From assembly GCA_965263035.1 (NCBI GenBank), contig OZ253580.1, forward strand, positions 1,184,001-1,248,000: a stretch of 64,000 nt of DNA, written 5' to 3'. Position 1 is the stretch's first letter. Every line of letters begins with the position of its first letter. The notes below the pieces were generated by a model, which saw only the letters and a program-made list of their open reading frames with translations, had not been told where the DNA came from and ran no database searches. Source of the stretch: Acidobacteriota bacterium. Lineage in GTDB: Bacteria; Acidobacteriota; UBA6911; RPQK01; JAJDTT01. The translations under genes were made by a program, and so were the position numbers. Positions 9,564 to 18,322 of this stretch are shown here, piece after piece.

Positions 9564-10778
9564 TCAGAAATATTGCTTGAAACCGAAGAAGAGAGTCCGG
9601 GGTACCCCTCCGTACTCGGTCCCGGGACTGCGCTCCGTTCCAGAACCGGCGCCGAATCCGAGCTGGCCCCCGATCAGGAACTCCGAGTCATTGCCGGTGG
9701 ACCAGGTCAGGGAGGGCAGCCAGAGGAGGGAGCCATCGCTGCCGTTGACGAGTGCGGTGGTGGAAAAGGTGCAAAGAGGGTGCAGGAGCAGAGCCAGCGA
9801 GACCCCTCCATAGAGCCGGCCCGTCCCGTTGACCTCCCCCCGGGATATCCGGTCCGAGTCGTAGTAGAGAGGGTACTCTCCGGGCGAGGCGGTTCCATAC
9901 CCGTTATAGGCTCCCTCCAGAATCAGGGTCAGGTAAGGCGTCAACTGCCGATCGACTCCCACCGAACCTCGCCAGAAGGACTCCCGGTTCCGTTCCGCAT
10001 CCGCCCCGTCTCCCGACCGTGTCCAACTGACCTCACCCCGCAAGCCGGTCCCGGCAAGGTCCGAAGTCAAGAAAAGGCCGGCGACGTCATCACCGTGGAA
10101 ACTGCCCCCCATGACCCCCACGTCCACCGCACCGGCGTTCAGCCGAAGTTGGAACCCGGCAGCGCCGTCCTCTCCGGGCTCAGGACCCAGTGAGGCGGCC
10201 ACGACCTCCAACTCGGAGAACTGCCCCAGGCGCAAAACCCCACGAACGGCATCGATGCCGGGCTTGTAGTCGCGGTCGAGGCGCTGGGGAGCGAAGGGAG
10301 CGAAGAGGTCCAGAGCCGGCCAGAAGTAACTGACACCCCAAGTGAGTGCCTGCCTCCCCACGATAACGTTCAGCGCGTCGAACTCCACCTCCACGTTCAG
10401 GCGATCGAAAGCGGCCAACAGGCGCCCCTCCGGCCGGTTCATCAGGCGGTTCTCCAACGGCAGATAGAGGGCCGCCGAGGAATCAGCGAGATCGGCCGAA
10501 GTGGACAAGGGAGGAGAAAGGAAATTCAGTATGACGTGGGATTCGACGCGGGCCCGTCGGGAGAGTTCCAGATCGGAGGTCAGCCGGAGTATGGCCAGCT
10601 CGGAATCACGCCTGGCTGCCGGTGCCGTCCTCTCTCTCAGGAAGAGATAGGACCGGATCGATCCACCCCAGTCCAGATCCTGGGCCTGGAGCCCAAGCGT
10701 GGCCAACAGCCAGAACGGAGGAAGCAGCCGCAGCCATGACCACGTGTTAACGCCTTTCGTCGGCATCGACTTCCCCAT
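9564..10778 (-). CDS. Putative outer-membrane beta-barrel protein
   Basis: Signal peptide, DRL..GRQALTWG..P.D.FAPF...DRDYKPGIDA motif, amphipathic strands, terminal aromatic YF. Confidence 0.65.
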   Translation of the reverse strand: MGKSMPTKGVNTWSWLRLLPPFWLLATLGLQAQDLDWGGSIRSYLFLRERTAPAARRDSELAILRLTSDLELSRRARVESHVILNFLSPPLSTSADLADSSAALYLPLENRLMNRPEGRLLAAFDRLNVEVEFDALNVIVGRQALTWGVSYFWPALDLFAPFAPQRLDRDYKPGIDAVRGVLRLGQFSELEVVAASLGPEPGEDGAAGFQLRLNAGAVDVGVMGGSFHGDDVAGLFLTSDLAGTGLRGEVSWTRSGDGADAERNRESFWRGSVGVDRQLTPYLTLILEGAYNGYGTASPGEYPLYYDSDRISRGEVNGTGRLYGGVSLALLLHPLCTFSTTALVNGSDGSLLWLPSLTWSTGNDSEFLIGGQLGFGAGSGTERSPGTEYGGVPRTLFFGFKQYF

Positions 10779-11454
10779 CCACCAAGCGGATGGTTCTCCT
10801 GGCCCGTTCCATGACCCTGGGATCGTGGGTGGAGAAGATGAAGGTCGTCCCGTTGTCCCGGTTGAGCCTTTCCATCAGATCCAGCAGGGAGAGGGCCGTG
10901 CGGCTGTCCAGGTTGGCCGTGGGCTCATCGGCCAGAATCAGCGGTGGCTCCGCCACCACCGCACGCGCCACCGCCACCCGCTGCTGTTGTCCCCCGGAGA
11001 GCTGGTCCGGCTTTCGGTCTTCCAGTCCATCCAATCCTACCTCCTCCAGAATGGCCCGGACCTTTTCCCGGCGTTGGCGACGGGGGACTCCTCGAAGCAG
11101 GAGAATGAATTCGGCGTTTTCCTCCACCGTCAGCACCGGCAACAGATTGTTGGCCTGAAAGATGAAGCCGACCCGCTCGAGCCGGAGCCGAGTCAGTTGT
11201 TTGCGGCTTCTCTGCGCCAGATCGATCCCTTGCAGACGAACGCGGCCGCCGGTGGGATGGTCGATTCCACAGGAGACGTTGAGCAAGGTGGTCTTGCCCG
11301 ATCCGGATGGACCCGCGACGGCCACCAGTTCGCCACTCCGGACGGTCAGGCTGACCTGCCGCAGGGCGTGGACCGTCTGCTCCCCTTGCCGGTAGACGCG
11401 CGAGACGTCCTCGAGCCGAAGCAGGTCCGATTCGCTGGCATGGAGCATGGTCAC
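10747..11454 (-). CDS. ABC transporter ATP-binding protein (LolD/MacB-like)
   Basis: GPSGSGKTT, LSGGQQQRVAVARA, ILADEPTANLD, THD. Confidence 0.95.
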   Translation of the reverse strand: MTMLHASESDLLRLEDVSRVYRQGEQTVHALRQVSLTVRSGELVAVAGPSGSGKTTLLNVSCGIDHPTGGRVRLQGIDLAQRSRKQLTRLRLERVGFIFQANNLLPVLTVEENAEFILLLRGVPRRQRREKVRAILEEVGLDGLEDRKPDQLSGGQQQRVAVARAVVAEPPLILADEPTANLDSRTALSLLDLMERLNRDNGTTFIFSTHDPRVMERARRTIRLVDGEVDADERR

Positions 11455-12707
11455 ATCCGTCCCAACAGCTGGACGCTGACCCGGCGGCCCGCGCGCCATG
11501 CCGGAGCCAGGGCCAGAACCAGGGTCAAAAACACGATGACGGCAGCGGAGGCAAAGACTCGTTCGGCCGATAACCGCGAGTAGAGTACCGGGTCCATCAC
11601 CGCTCCGGCGGCGGAAAGCTCCCCTTCCCCTTCGTAGAAGGCGTCCAGGGGCAGCCCGGCGGATTCCAGGTACAAGTGTGCACCGTATCCCAGGCCCATG
11701 CCCACGGCCGTCGAGAGCAGGGCCAACAGGACCGCCTCGGTGAACATCATGAAGAACCGGCCGGCAGGGGCTAGGCCCAGCGCGTCCAGGAGAGCAAACT
11801 CCCGCCTCCGTTCCAGCGCCGACATCAGCAGCGTGTTGAGGACCACGAAGGCGATGAGGAGAAGGAAGATGCCGTTGAACAGGTAGTTTCCGGCATCGTC
11901 GATGCGTATGAATTCGGTGAGCTCCGGCATGGCCTCCGTCCAGTCCAGCACTTCGGCCGAGTCGGGCAGGAGATTCCGGCCGCGCCGGGCCAGCACTCCC
12001 GCTGCTTCGACGTCTTCCAGAAAGACGGCGATCTGATGGACCTGACCGGGCAGCAGCAACAGCTCCTGGGCAACGTCCAACGGGACGATCACCAGTCGCT
12101 GGTCCAGATCCTCCAATCCTGTCTGCAGGATTCCGCGGACCCTGAGGAGCCGGGACTGGAGTTCGGAGCTGCCCGAGGCCTGGGAGAGGACCACGAACTT
12201 CGAGCCCAGACCGACCCGGAGCTTTCTGGCCACACCGGCGCCGACCACAGCCTGGCCTCCTGAGCCGGGGCGCAGAAACTCTCCCGCCACCAGCTTCTCG
12301 CCGAACTTGGAGGCCTCACTCTCGGGCCCGGGCTGGGTGCCGATGATCCGGACCCCCGTGGAGCCGTCGGCAGAGGATGCGAGCCCCGAGGCAAGGACTC
12401 GCTCCACCACGGTCTGAACCGGCGAGTCGTGGCTCGGCTGCTCGATCCAGTCTCGGACCCGGGACCGGATCCCCTCTCCCAACGCTCTCTGAACGCCGCC
12501 GTGGGCGTGATAACCCTGGCTCTGGATCAGAACGTGACCGGAACCCATGCGGACGGCATTGTCGATCATCTGGAGATGGCTGCCGTCTCCCAGGCCCAGG
12601 GTGACCAGCAGCAACGCCAGACCCAGCGCCACCGTGACCACGGTGAGTATGGTCCGGCGCCGATTGCGTCCCAGATTTCTCCAGGCCAGCTTGAAGACGA
12701 TCTTCAT
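11451..12707 (-). CDS. ABC transporter permease (LolC/E, FtsX-like)
   Basis: LAWRNLGRNRRRT start, large periplasmic loop, NTLLMSALERRREF..L.ALG. Confidence 0.92.
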   Translation of the reverse strand: MKIVFKLAWRNLGRNRRRTILTVVTVALGLALLLVTLGLGDGSHLQMIDNAVRMGSGHVLIQSQGYHAHGGVQRALGEGIRSRVRDWIEQPSHDSPVQTVVERVLASGLASSADGSTGVRIIGTQPGPESEASKFGEKLVAGEFLRPGSGGQAVVGAGVARKLRVGLGSKFVVLSQASGSSELQSRLLRVRGILQTGLEDLDQRLVIVPLDVAQELLLLPGQVHQIAVFLEDVEAAGVLARRGRNLLPDSAEVLDWTEAMPELTEFIRIDDAGNYLFNGIFLLLIAFVVLNTLLMSALERRREFALLDALGLAPAGRFFMMFTEAVLLALLSTAVGMGLGYGAHLYLESAGLPLDAFYEGEGELSAAGAVMDPVLYSRLSAERVFASAAVIVFLTLVLALAPAWRAGRRVSVQLLGRM

Positions 12708-12711
12708 GCCG

Positions 12712-13959
12712 TCAGGCCTTCGACAGATTCCTCATGGCCAGGACCGGACTCACGAACGCGGCCCGCAGAGCCGGGAGCAGCGAGGCGATGACGGTCGCCA
12801 GAACCAACCCCACCGCCGGCCACCACACGGCGTTCCACGACCAGACGACGGGAATCACAGGATCCATCCGGGTTTCCAGCATTGAGATCTCGCCCATCCA
12901 GGATCGCAGGTCCAGCCCGGTGGCACTCAGGTGCCAGACCAGCAGGCTGCCCAGCGCCAGGCCCACGCCCAGGCCGACCGCCGCCAGAGCCAGACTCTCG
13001 GAAAGGACGGTGAGGACCACCCGGGCCGGGCGCATGCCCAGGGCCGAGAGCATCCCCAGCTCCCGAACCCGCTCGAAAACCGACATGAGCATGGTGTTCA
13101 AGACACCCAACGCCGCGAAAAGAGCCACCAGGCCGATCATGAACACGTAGCTGGCGCCCGCCATGTCCAGGTAGTCGCTCAGCGTGGGAAGAAGACTCCT
13201 CCAGCTCCGGGCCACGGCGCCGGGCGGAAGGATTCCCGAATCGTTCAATCTGGCCGCAACCCTCTCAGCGTCGCCGGGGTCGCGAAGCTTGAGCGCAATT
13301 TCGTGAATCCGCTCGGGCGCCAGCGCCAACAGCTCTTGAAGATCCGTCAGGTGGACCAGGGTCAGCGACCGGTCCAGCAACGCCATGCCCGTGTGCAGCG
13401 TGCCCCGATTCCGGTAGAGGTCGTTGCCGATGGTTCCATCGGCGGCCTGGGTCACCAGGGCGATTTCGGTTCCCATGCCGGCAACCAGCTCCTGTTCCAA
13501 GGCTTCCCCCAGAAGCAGGCCCCGTCCCTGGAGATTCTTCTGACTTCCATGCCCCTGCAACCCGCTGACCTGGGCTTCCTGGACGGGGTCAATTCCCACG
13601 ATCGCGACTCCGGAGGAGTATTCGCCCGTGGACGCCAGGCCGGCGGTGTGAATCCGAGCCGTGGCAGCCACCACCTCGGGCTCGTCGAGCAGTCTCTCGG
13701 TGAGGGCCCGCCAGTCGGTTCCCCCGCTGCCTCCCAACGTTTCGTACAGGTCCCGGTCGGGCAGATAGTCCTGGTGTTGGATCTGGACGTGTCCCACCAG
13801 GAGATCGGTGCCGTTGTCGACCATCTGGACCAGCATGCCTTCGGTGAGACTGACCAGGAACATCAACACGGCGTACCCGGAGGCCAGGCCGCCGATGGTG
13901 ATGAGACTGCGGAGAGGGTTTCTCCAGAGATTCCTCCACCCCAGGAGAAACACCATCAT
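12712..13959 (-). CDS. ABC transporter permease (LolC/E, FtsX-like)
   Basis: LGWRNLWRNPLRS, NTMLMSVFERVRELGMLSALG, PALRAA. Confidence 0.92.
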   Translation of the reverse strand: MMVFLLGWRNLWRNPLRSLITIGGLASGYAVLMFLVSLTEGMLVQMVDNGTDLLVGHVQIQHQDYLPDRDLYETLGGSGGTDWRALTERLLDEPEVVAATARIHTAGLASTGEYSSGVAIVGIDPVQEAQVSGLQGHGSQKNLQGRGLLLGEALEQELVAGMGTEIALVTQAADGTIGNDLYRNRGTLHTGMALLDRSLTLVHLTDLQELLALAPERIHEIALKLRDPGDAERVAARLNDSGILPPGAVARSWRSLLPTLSDYLDMAGASYVFMIGLVALFAALGVLNTMLMSVFERVRELGMLSALGMRPARVVLTVLSESLALAAVGLGVGLALGSLLVWHLSATGLDLRSWMGEISMLETRMDPVIPVVWSWNAVWWPAVGLVLATVIASLLPALRAAFVSPVLAMRNLSKA

Positions 13960-14762
13960 GGTCTCGCCCGCAGGTTGGCAAGGGAGAAGGTCTTTTCGGT
14001 GATCGGGACGTCAAAGGAGAGGTCCTTGTAGACCATCTCGGTGAACTCCCCCTGCTTGTCCTCGGGAACGATACTCATGCGGGTGGGAATCCGCCGCCCT
14101 CCCATGACAGCGTAGTCCGAGAAGCTCATGGTTCGTTTCAGCGACTCGTCCTCGCCATAGTAGCGCGCCCAGACCGGCAACAGGTCCGCCTGCCGGACCC
14201 GGTAGACGATCCGGCCCCAGACCACCGCTGCCTCCGGCTTGGGAACGAGCTCGAACTCCCAGACCGGAATCCCCTCCCGCTCTCCTTCGAAGGAGATCCG
14301 GATGCCGTAGTCTCGAACCAGGCGGCTCTCCTTGACCAGATCGTCGTTGGTGAGATGGGACCCCATCCAGGAGCCCATCATCATGGACATGGGGACGCGG
14401 ATGACCCGCTCGATCTTGGACAGGTAGTTCCACATGTTGGAACCCACCCGCAAGGTGGCGGTGCCGCGGTTCTTCCTGGGAGCCAGGATCCGAATCAGGG
14501 CCTTGTCGGTTCCCTGGGACCAGATCTGGAGGGTCATGCTGCGGTTCCATCTCCGGGTCGCCACCTTCATCTCCACGGTTCCCTTTGAAGACTCTCCGCG
14601 CATCATCTGGTCGACCCGGTCCATGATCTCCCGCGCCCGATCCTGCCGGATCGACGGCGAGGCTTGGTTCGAAGACGGCTGGACCAGGGCCAGCGATGAG
14701 ACGGCGATGAGCAGGAGGAGAAGGCCCCCCGGCAGTGACGGATTCCGCGTCGTGTGTTTCAC
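13956..14762 (-). CDS. Outer membrane lipoprotein-sorting (LolA-like) periplasmic protein
   Basis: P...RG.ATL...MWNYL, SWMGSHLTNDDL, terminal FSLANL; signal peptide; position in ABC operon. Confidence 0.85.
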   Translation of the reverse strand: MKHTTRNPSLPGGLLLLLIAVSSLALVQPSSNQASPSIRQDRAREIMDRVDQMMRGESSKGTVEMKVATRRWNRSMTLQIWSQGTDKALIRILAPRKNRGTATLRVGSNMWNYLSKIERVIRVPMSMMMGSWMGSHLTNDDLVKESRLVRDYGIRISFEGEREGIPVWEFELVPKPEAAVVWGRIVYRVRQADLLPVWARYYGEDESLKRTMSFSDYAVMGGRRIPTRMSIVPEDKQGEFTEMVYKDLSFDVPITEKTFSLANLRARP

Positions 14763-14772
14763 GGCGGCGGCT

Positions 14773-15378
14773 TCAACCGCGGGGACGGATGGTGCCCAGA
14801 AACGCCAGGAAGTCCTGGTGCCACTTGTCGATGGTTTTCCGGGGTCCGGTGAGCTTGAAGAACCAGGGTCCCGACGGCGTCTGGGCGATGGCGGCCAGCA
14901 TCCGATAGCCCTTCCTGGGATCTCCCGGCCGCATCATGGGACCCGACGATGGACGGTAGCTGCCCGAGACGTCCACCAAGATCAGCGAGACTCCATTGGC
15001 TGTCTGAGACGTGATCTCGGCAGCGGGCGGGCCACCGGCGGTTTCGTCCGGACTGAACTGCCCGACCCAGCGTTTGATGTTGGCCTCGGCCGAGCCCCCC
15101 TGCCCGGGGAAGTGAAACACGACCAGCTCGCCGTCTTCGGGGTCCCCGCCCACGCGGGGAAGGCGATACTGGGCCTTCCGCATCGAGGACGCCGGTGTTT
15201 CCGCGATCCATCCGTCGGGAGCTGAGAAGAGGAGGCCTCCGGAAGCGGCCGCCGCCGCGACCGTCCCGGGAGAGACCGGACCGCCGGCGGGGGGCTCCTC
15301 CAGGTTCCTGGAACAGTGATTCAGGGCCAGGAACAGCAGCGGTCCGAAAACCCCGAGAACGAGATGTTTCTGTCTCAT
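14773..15378 (-). CDS. Conserved hypothetical lipoprotein
   Basis: Lipobox-like LNHC; GQGGSAEANIKRWVGQF and GPWFFKLTGP motifs. Confidence 0.7.
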   Translation of the reverse strand: MRQKHLVLGVFGPLLFLALNHCSRNLEEPPAGGPVSPGTVAAAAASGGLLFSAPDGWIAETPASSMRKAQYRLPRVGGDPEDGELVVFHFPGQGGSAEANIKRWVGQFSPDETAGGPPAAEITSQTANGVSLILVDVSGSYRPSSGPMMRPGDPRKGYRMLAAIAQTPSGPWFFKLTGPRKTIDKWHQDFLAFLGTIRPRG

Positions 15379-15392
15379 GTCAACCTCCGTCT

Positions 15393-15779
15393 TCAGTCCT
15401 CGGAAATCCGCTTGCGGTCCGCGAAACCGGTGTCGATCTCATGCCAGTAGGAGATGTCTTCTTCGCCGTGTTTCCAGCAGAGGTAGACCTCGCGCCCTTC
15501 CTTGAGATGGGGGAAATCGACGAGCCCCTGATCCACGCTCTTGACCAGACAACCCAGGCCCTGAAGCCGGGCGACGCACGATTGCAGTTGCAGTAGACGC
15601 TCCACGTAGGCCGTGCCTTCCGGGCTGCCGCGGTTGAGGTCGGCACTCTTGGCCAGTTCCTGGACGGCTTCCTTGTAGCGGGAAATCTCGCTGGACAGAT
15701 TCATGCCGACCGCCACCAGCTTTCTGACCAGAGGCAGGATTTTTCTGGCTTCCGCCAGAGTGAAGAGTCGTTTCGCCAC
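15393..15779 (-). CDS. DUF2203 family protein
   Basis: FTLAEARKILP, GLVDFP, YLCWKHGE..I.YWH....GF..R. Confidence 0.88.
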   Translation of the reverse strand: MAKRLFTLAEARKILPLVRKLVAVGMNLSSEISRYKEAVQELAKSADLNRGSPEGTAYVERLLQLQSCVARLQGLGCLVKSVDQGLVDFPHLKEGREVYLCWKHGEEDISYWHEIDTGFADRKRISED

Positions 15780-15935
15780 GCAGACAGTATAGCCACTATG
15801 AGCACCTTGGTTCTAACCGCGGCCGAGACTGACTGGATGCAGGATTGCGATCAGAGTCCAAAGGTCAGGTAAGCTAATCCGGCCCCATGGTGATATTTTG
15901 GCGGAGCATTCGAGAATGCGGGAAGTCTCAGCGGC

Positions 15936-16562
15936 ATGAAGTGCATCCTGTGCAATAGCAGAAAGGGAAAGCGCCGATGTCCGGCCAAGGGCACACTCAT
16001 CTGCGCCCCCTGTTGCGGCCGAATGCGGGTGGTGGAAATCCCCTGTCCCCCCGATTGCGTCTACCTGACGGAAGGCCATGGCCATCAGGCGGCGAAGAAA
16101 TACGTTCACCAACTCCGCCAGGAGGAGGATACGGACCGCCGTATGCGGCTCTACCGGAATCTTCAGACGTATCGGCCGCTCATCGACCGGGTCGAGGTGG
16201 AGATCCTGCGGTACGGTCAGGGGCTGCGCAGCTTTCAAGACCGGCACGTGTTGGAAGCGGTCCGGCTGTTGCGAAAGACCTACCGGTCCGAGGACCGAGG
16301 GGTCATCTACGAGCAAACGTCGCCGGATCCCATGGTTTCGTCCTTGATTCGGGCGGTACAGGAAATGCTGGAGAAGACGAGGGAAGAACTCCAATCGTCG
16401 CTCCGGGTCTCCGATCTCCTGAACTGCTTGGAGGTGGTGGAGTCGGAGATCGACTATCACCTGAACCAACCGGCCGGCGGAGAGCCCTACCTGACCTTCA
16501 TCCGGAAGAACCACCCGGATGTTACGCCGACTGGATCGGATCAGAACCTGATCGTGCTCTGA
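15936..16562 (+). CDS. Hypothetical protein with N-terminal Cys-rich (zinc-binding) domain
   Basis: CILC...RRCPA....ICAPCCG......CPPDCVYL. Confidence 0.75.
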   Translation: MKCILCNSRKGKRRCPAKGTLICAPCCGRMRVVEIPCPPDCVYLTEGHGHQAAKKYVHQLRQEEDTDRRMRLYRNLQTYRPLIDRVEVEILRYGQGLRSFQDRHVLEAVRLLRKTYRSEDRGVIYEQTSPDPMVSSLIRAVQEMLEKTREELQSSLRVSDLLNCLEVVESEIDYHLNQPAGGEPYLTFIRKNHPDVTPTGSDQNLIVL

Positions 16563-16709
16563 TCTGACGACTCTCGATAGTCCAGCGCCTCTACGGTTCG
16601 CATTATCTCCGACGGTACCGGAGGTCTTCCGGATATTCCGGTCGATCGATCGTTGATTTTCGCCCGCGACCCTCCAAGATCACGGTCGGACATGAAATCT
16701 GTCGAAGTA

Positions 16710-17618
16710 TCAGGTCAGCGGCGGACGGCGGAATACTTCCTTGTAGTGCCAGTTCACGAACTCAGGTCTCGGGTCCACCAAACGGTTCCGAGGAGTACGG
16801 AGGGGCTTTCCATGGTAATCGAGAAACCACCGAACCGGATCGCGCCGACCGTGGATTTCGCTGGAAACGAGCACCTTGTAGTCCGCACCAGCGCCTTCCA
16901 GACCAAATGCACCTCGGTCAAATGCCTTATGGTGAAGCCCGCACAACGCCAATCCGTTTGCTACCGTGTCCGGTCCGCCAGCCGCCACCCACTTGATATG
17001 TGCAGCCTCCACACCGATCAGGTCATCTCCGAGTCGCACGTCGAAGTTGCAGATGGCACATCGGTACTGATATTCGCGCAACACATGGCGCCGGAAAGCT
17101 GGGTCGCGCCGGCGGACCGGCGTCTCTCGAACTTCCCATGCGTACGGAATACCAGTGGCGACGCGGATTTCATTGTGCAACGACTCTGGAAAATGTGAGT
17201 CCAAGAGTCCCTGCGCGGCTTCTCGCGCAATTTCCGAGTGGCGACGCAATAATTTGTATACCCACTCGGGGAATCCGCCCTTGACGCCACGTTTTCGTAA
17301 ATCCCGGACGCGAAAGTCCCGCCCCGGTGGGCAGTACAGGTTTTCGCATCCGGGAATCTCCCAAAGTTGGTCTCTAGGTAACCGGCTGAACGGAAACTCC
17401 GGATGGTAACTGTGGCGAGGTGGACCGAAGCGTCGCAGCAACTCCTTCATCCGCCCCTCTATCTCGGGGTAGGAGACGAGGCGTTCCTCATTGTTCATGA
17501 CGCGCCCGAGCGCCAGCAGTAGTAGCAGAGGTTTGTGCGGTGCACGCACACCTTGCCGCTTCCACACCTGCAGATTCTGGAAGAGCTCAAGCAGCCTATT
17601 ACGGGCCATCACCTGCAC
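16710..17618 (-). CDS. HNH endonuclease with N-terminal sulfur-binding-like domain (putative phosphorothioate-dependent restriction enzyme)
   Basis: N-terminal RAPHKPLLLL and PEFPFSRL; C-terminal RDPAFRRHVL..Y..RCAIC, EAAHIKW..GGPD...NGLALCGLHHKAFDRG. Confidence 0.8.
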   Translation of the reverse strand: MQVMARNRLLELFQNLQVWKRQGVRAPHKPLLLLLALGRVMNNEERLVSYPEIEGRMKELLRRFGPPRHSYHPEFPFSRLPRDQLWEIPGCENLYCPPGRDFRVRDLRKRGVKGGFPEWVYKLLRRHSEIAREAAQGLLDSHFPESLHNEIRVATGIPYAWEVRETPVRRRDPAFRRHVLREYQYRCAICNFDVRLGDDLIGVEAAHIKWVAAGGPDTVANGLALCGLHHKAFDRGAFGLEGAGADYKVLVSSEIHGRRDPVRWFLDYHGKPLRTPRNRLVDPRPEFVNWHYKEVFRRPPLT

Positions 17619-17839
17619 GTGTCAGTAGCGCACGGTCTTTACACCCTCAACTCGATTGAGCGTCTCCGACCAAGACCAAATTCAAACCCGATTAGCCGGT
17701 GGCAATGGTCTTTACGGCATTCGACCTCCGCCATATTCCGACCGATGGTGTCGCTATTCGCTTACCTACGTCCGCCGATTATCGGAGGCTGGGTTCAACG
17801 GGGAGATATCTGTCACGAGCCGATGCGACTCGATCTAAC

Positions 17840-18172
17840 TCAGCTGGCCGTCATCCGGTCGATCTTGGCGGCCAGGACGAAGTCGCTCTCGGTCAGGCCG
17901 TCGATCTTGTGGGTCCAGAGGGTGATCTCCACCTTGCCCCAGGCCAGATAGATGTCCGGGTGGTGGTCTTCCGCTTCGGCGACTTCTCCGACCTGGTTGA
18001 CGAAGGCCAGCGCGTTTTCGAAATCGGGGAATCGAACCAGCTTGCGCAGGTGATGGTCCCCGACCACCTCCCATCCTTGCAACTGGTCCAGAAGGGGTGC
18101 GATCCCGTCGGCCGTCAGCGGCGAAACTCCGCCTCGGCAGGGGATACATCTTCGTTCGGCGAGTTGGGTCAC
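17840..18172 (-). CDS. phhB: Pterin-4-alpha-carbinolamine dehydratase
   Basis: AE.EDHHPDI, WTHKIDGLTESDFVLAAKID; GTG 18172 preceded by AAGGAGG. Confidence 0.92.
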   Translation of the reverse strand: MTQLAERRCIPCRGGVSPLTADGIAPLLDQLQGWEVVGDHHLRKLVRFPDFENALAFVNQVGEVAEAEDHHPDIYLAWGKVEITLWTHKIDGLTESDFVLAAKIDRMTAS

Positions 18173-18245
18173 GATCAAGCCTCCTTGTCGGTGCAACAGC
18201 CGGAGGTCCCCGGCTTCAACAGCCCGAGGAGCGCCACCTGAACGC

Positions 18246-18282
18246 AAAAATGGAGGCTGGCGGCGAACCGCGAGCCTCCATT
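18246..18282 (-). terminator. Rho-independent terminator downstream of radical SAM gene
   Basis: Hairpin AATGGAGGCT...AGCCTCCATT with a T tract on the minus strand. Confidence 0.7.
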
Positions 18283-18322
18283 CGTGTCGATGACGGTCGG
18301 AACCGAGCCGGCAGGCGCCGGA

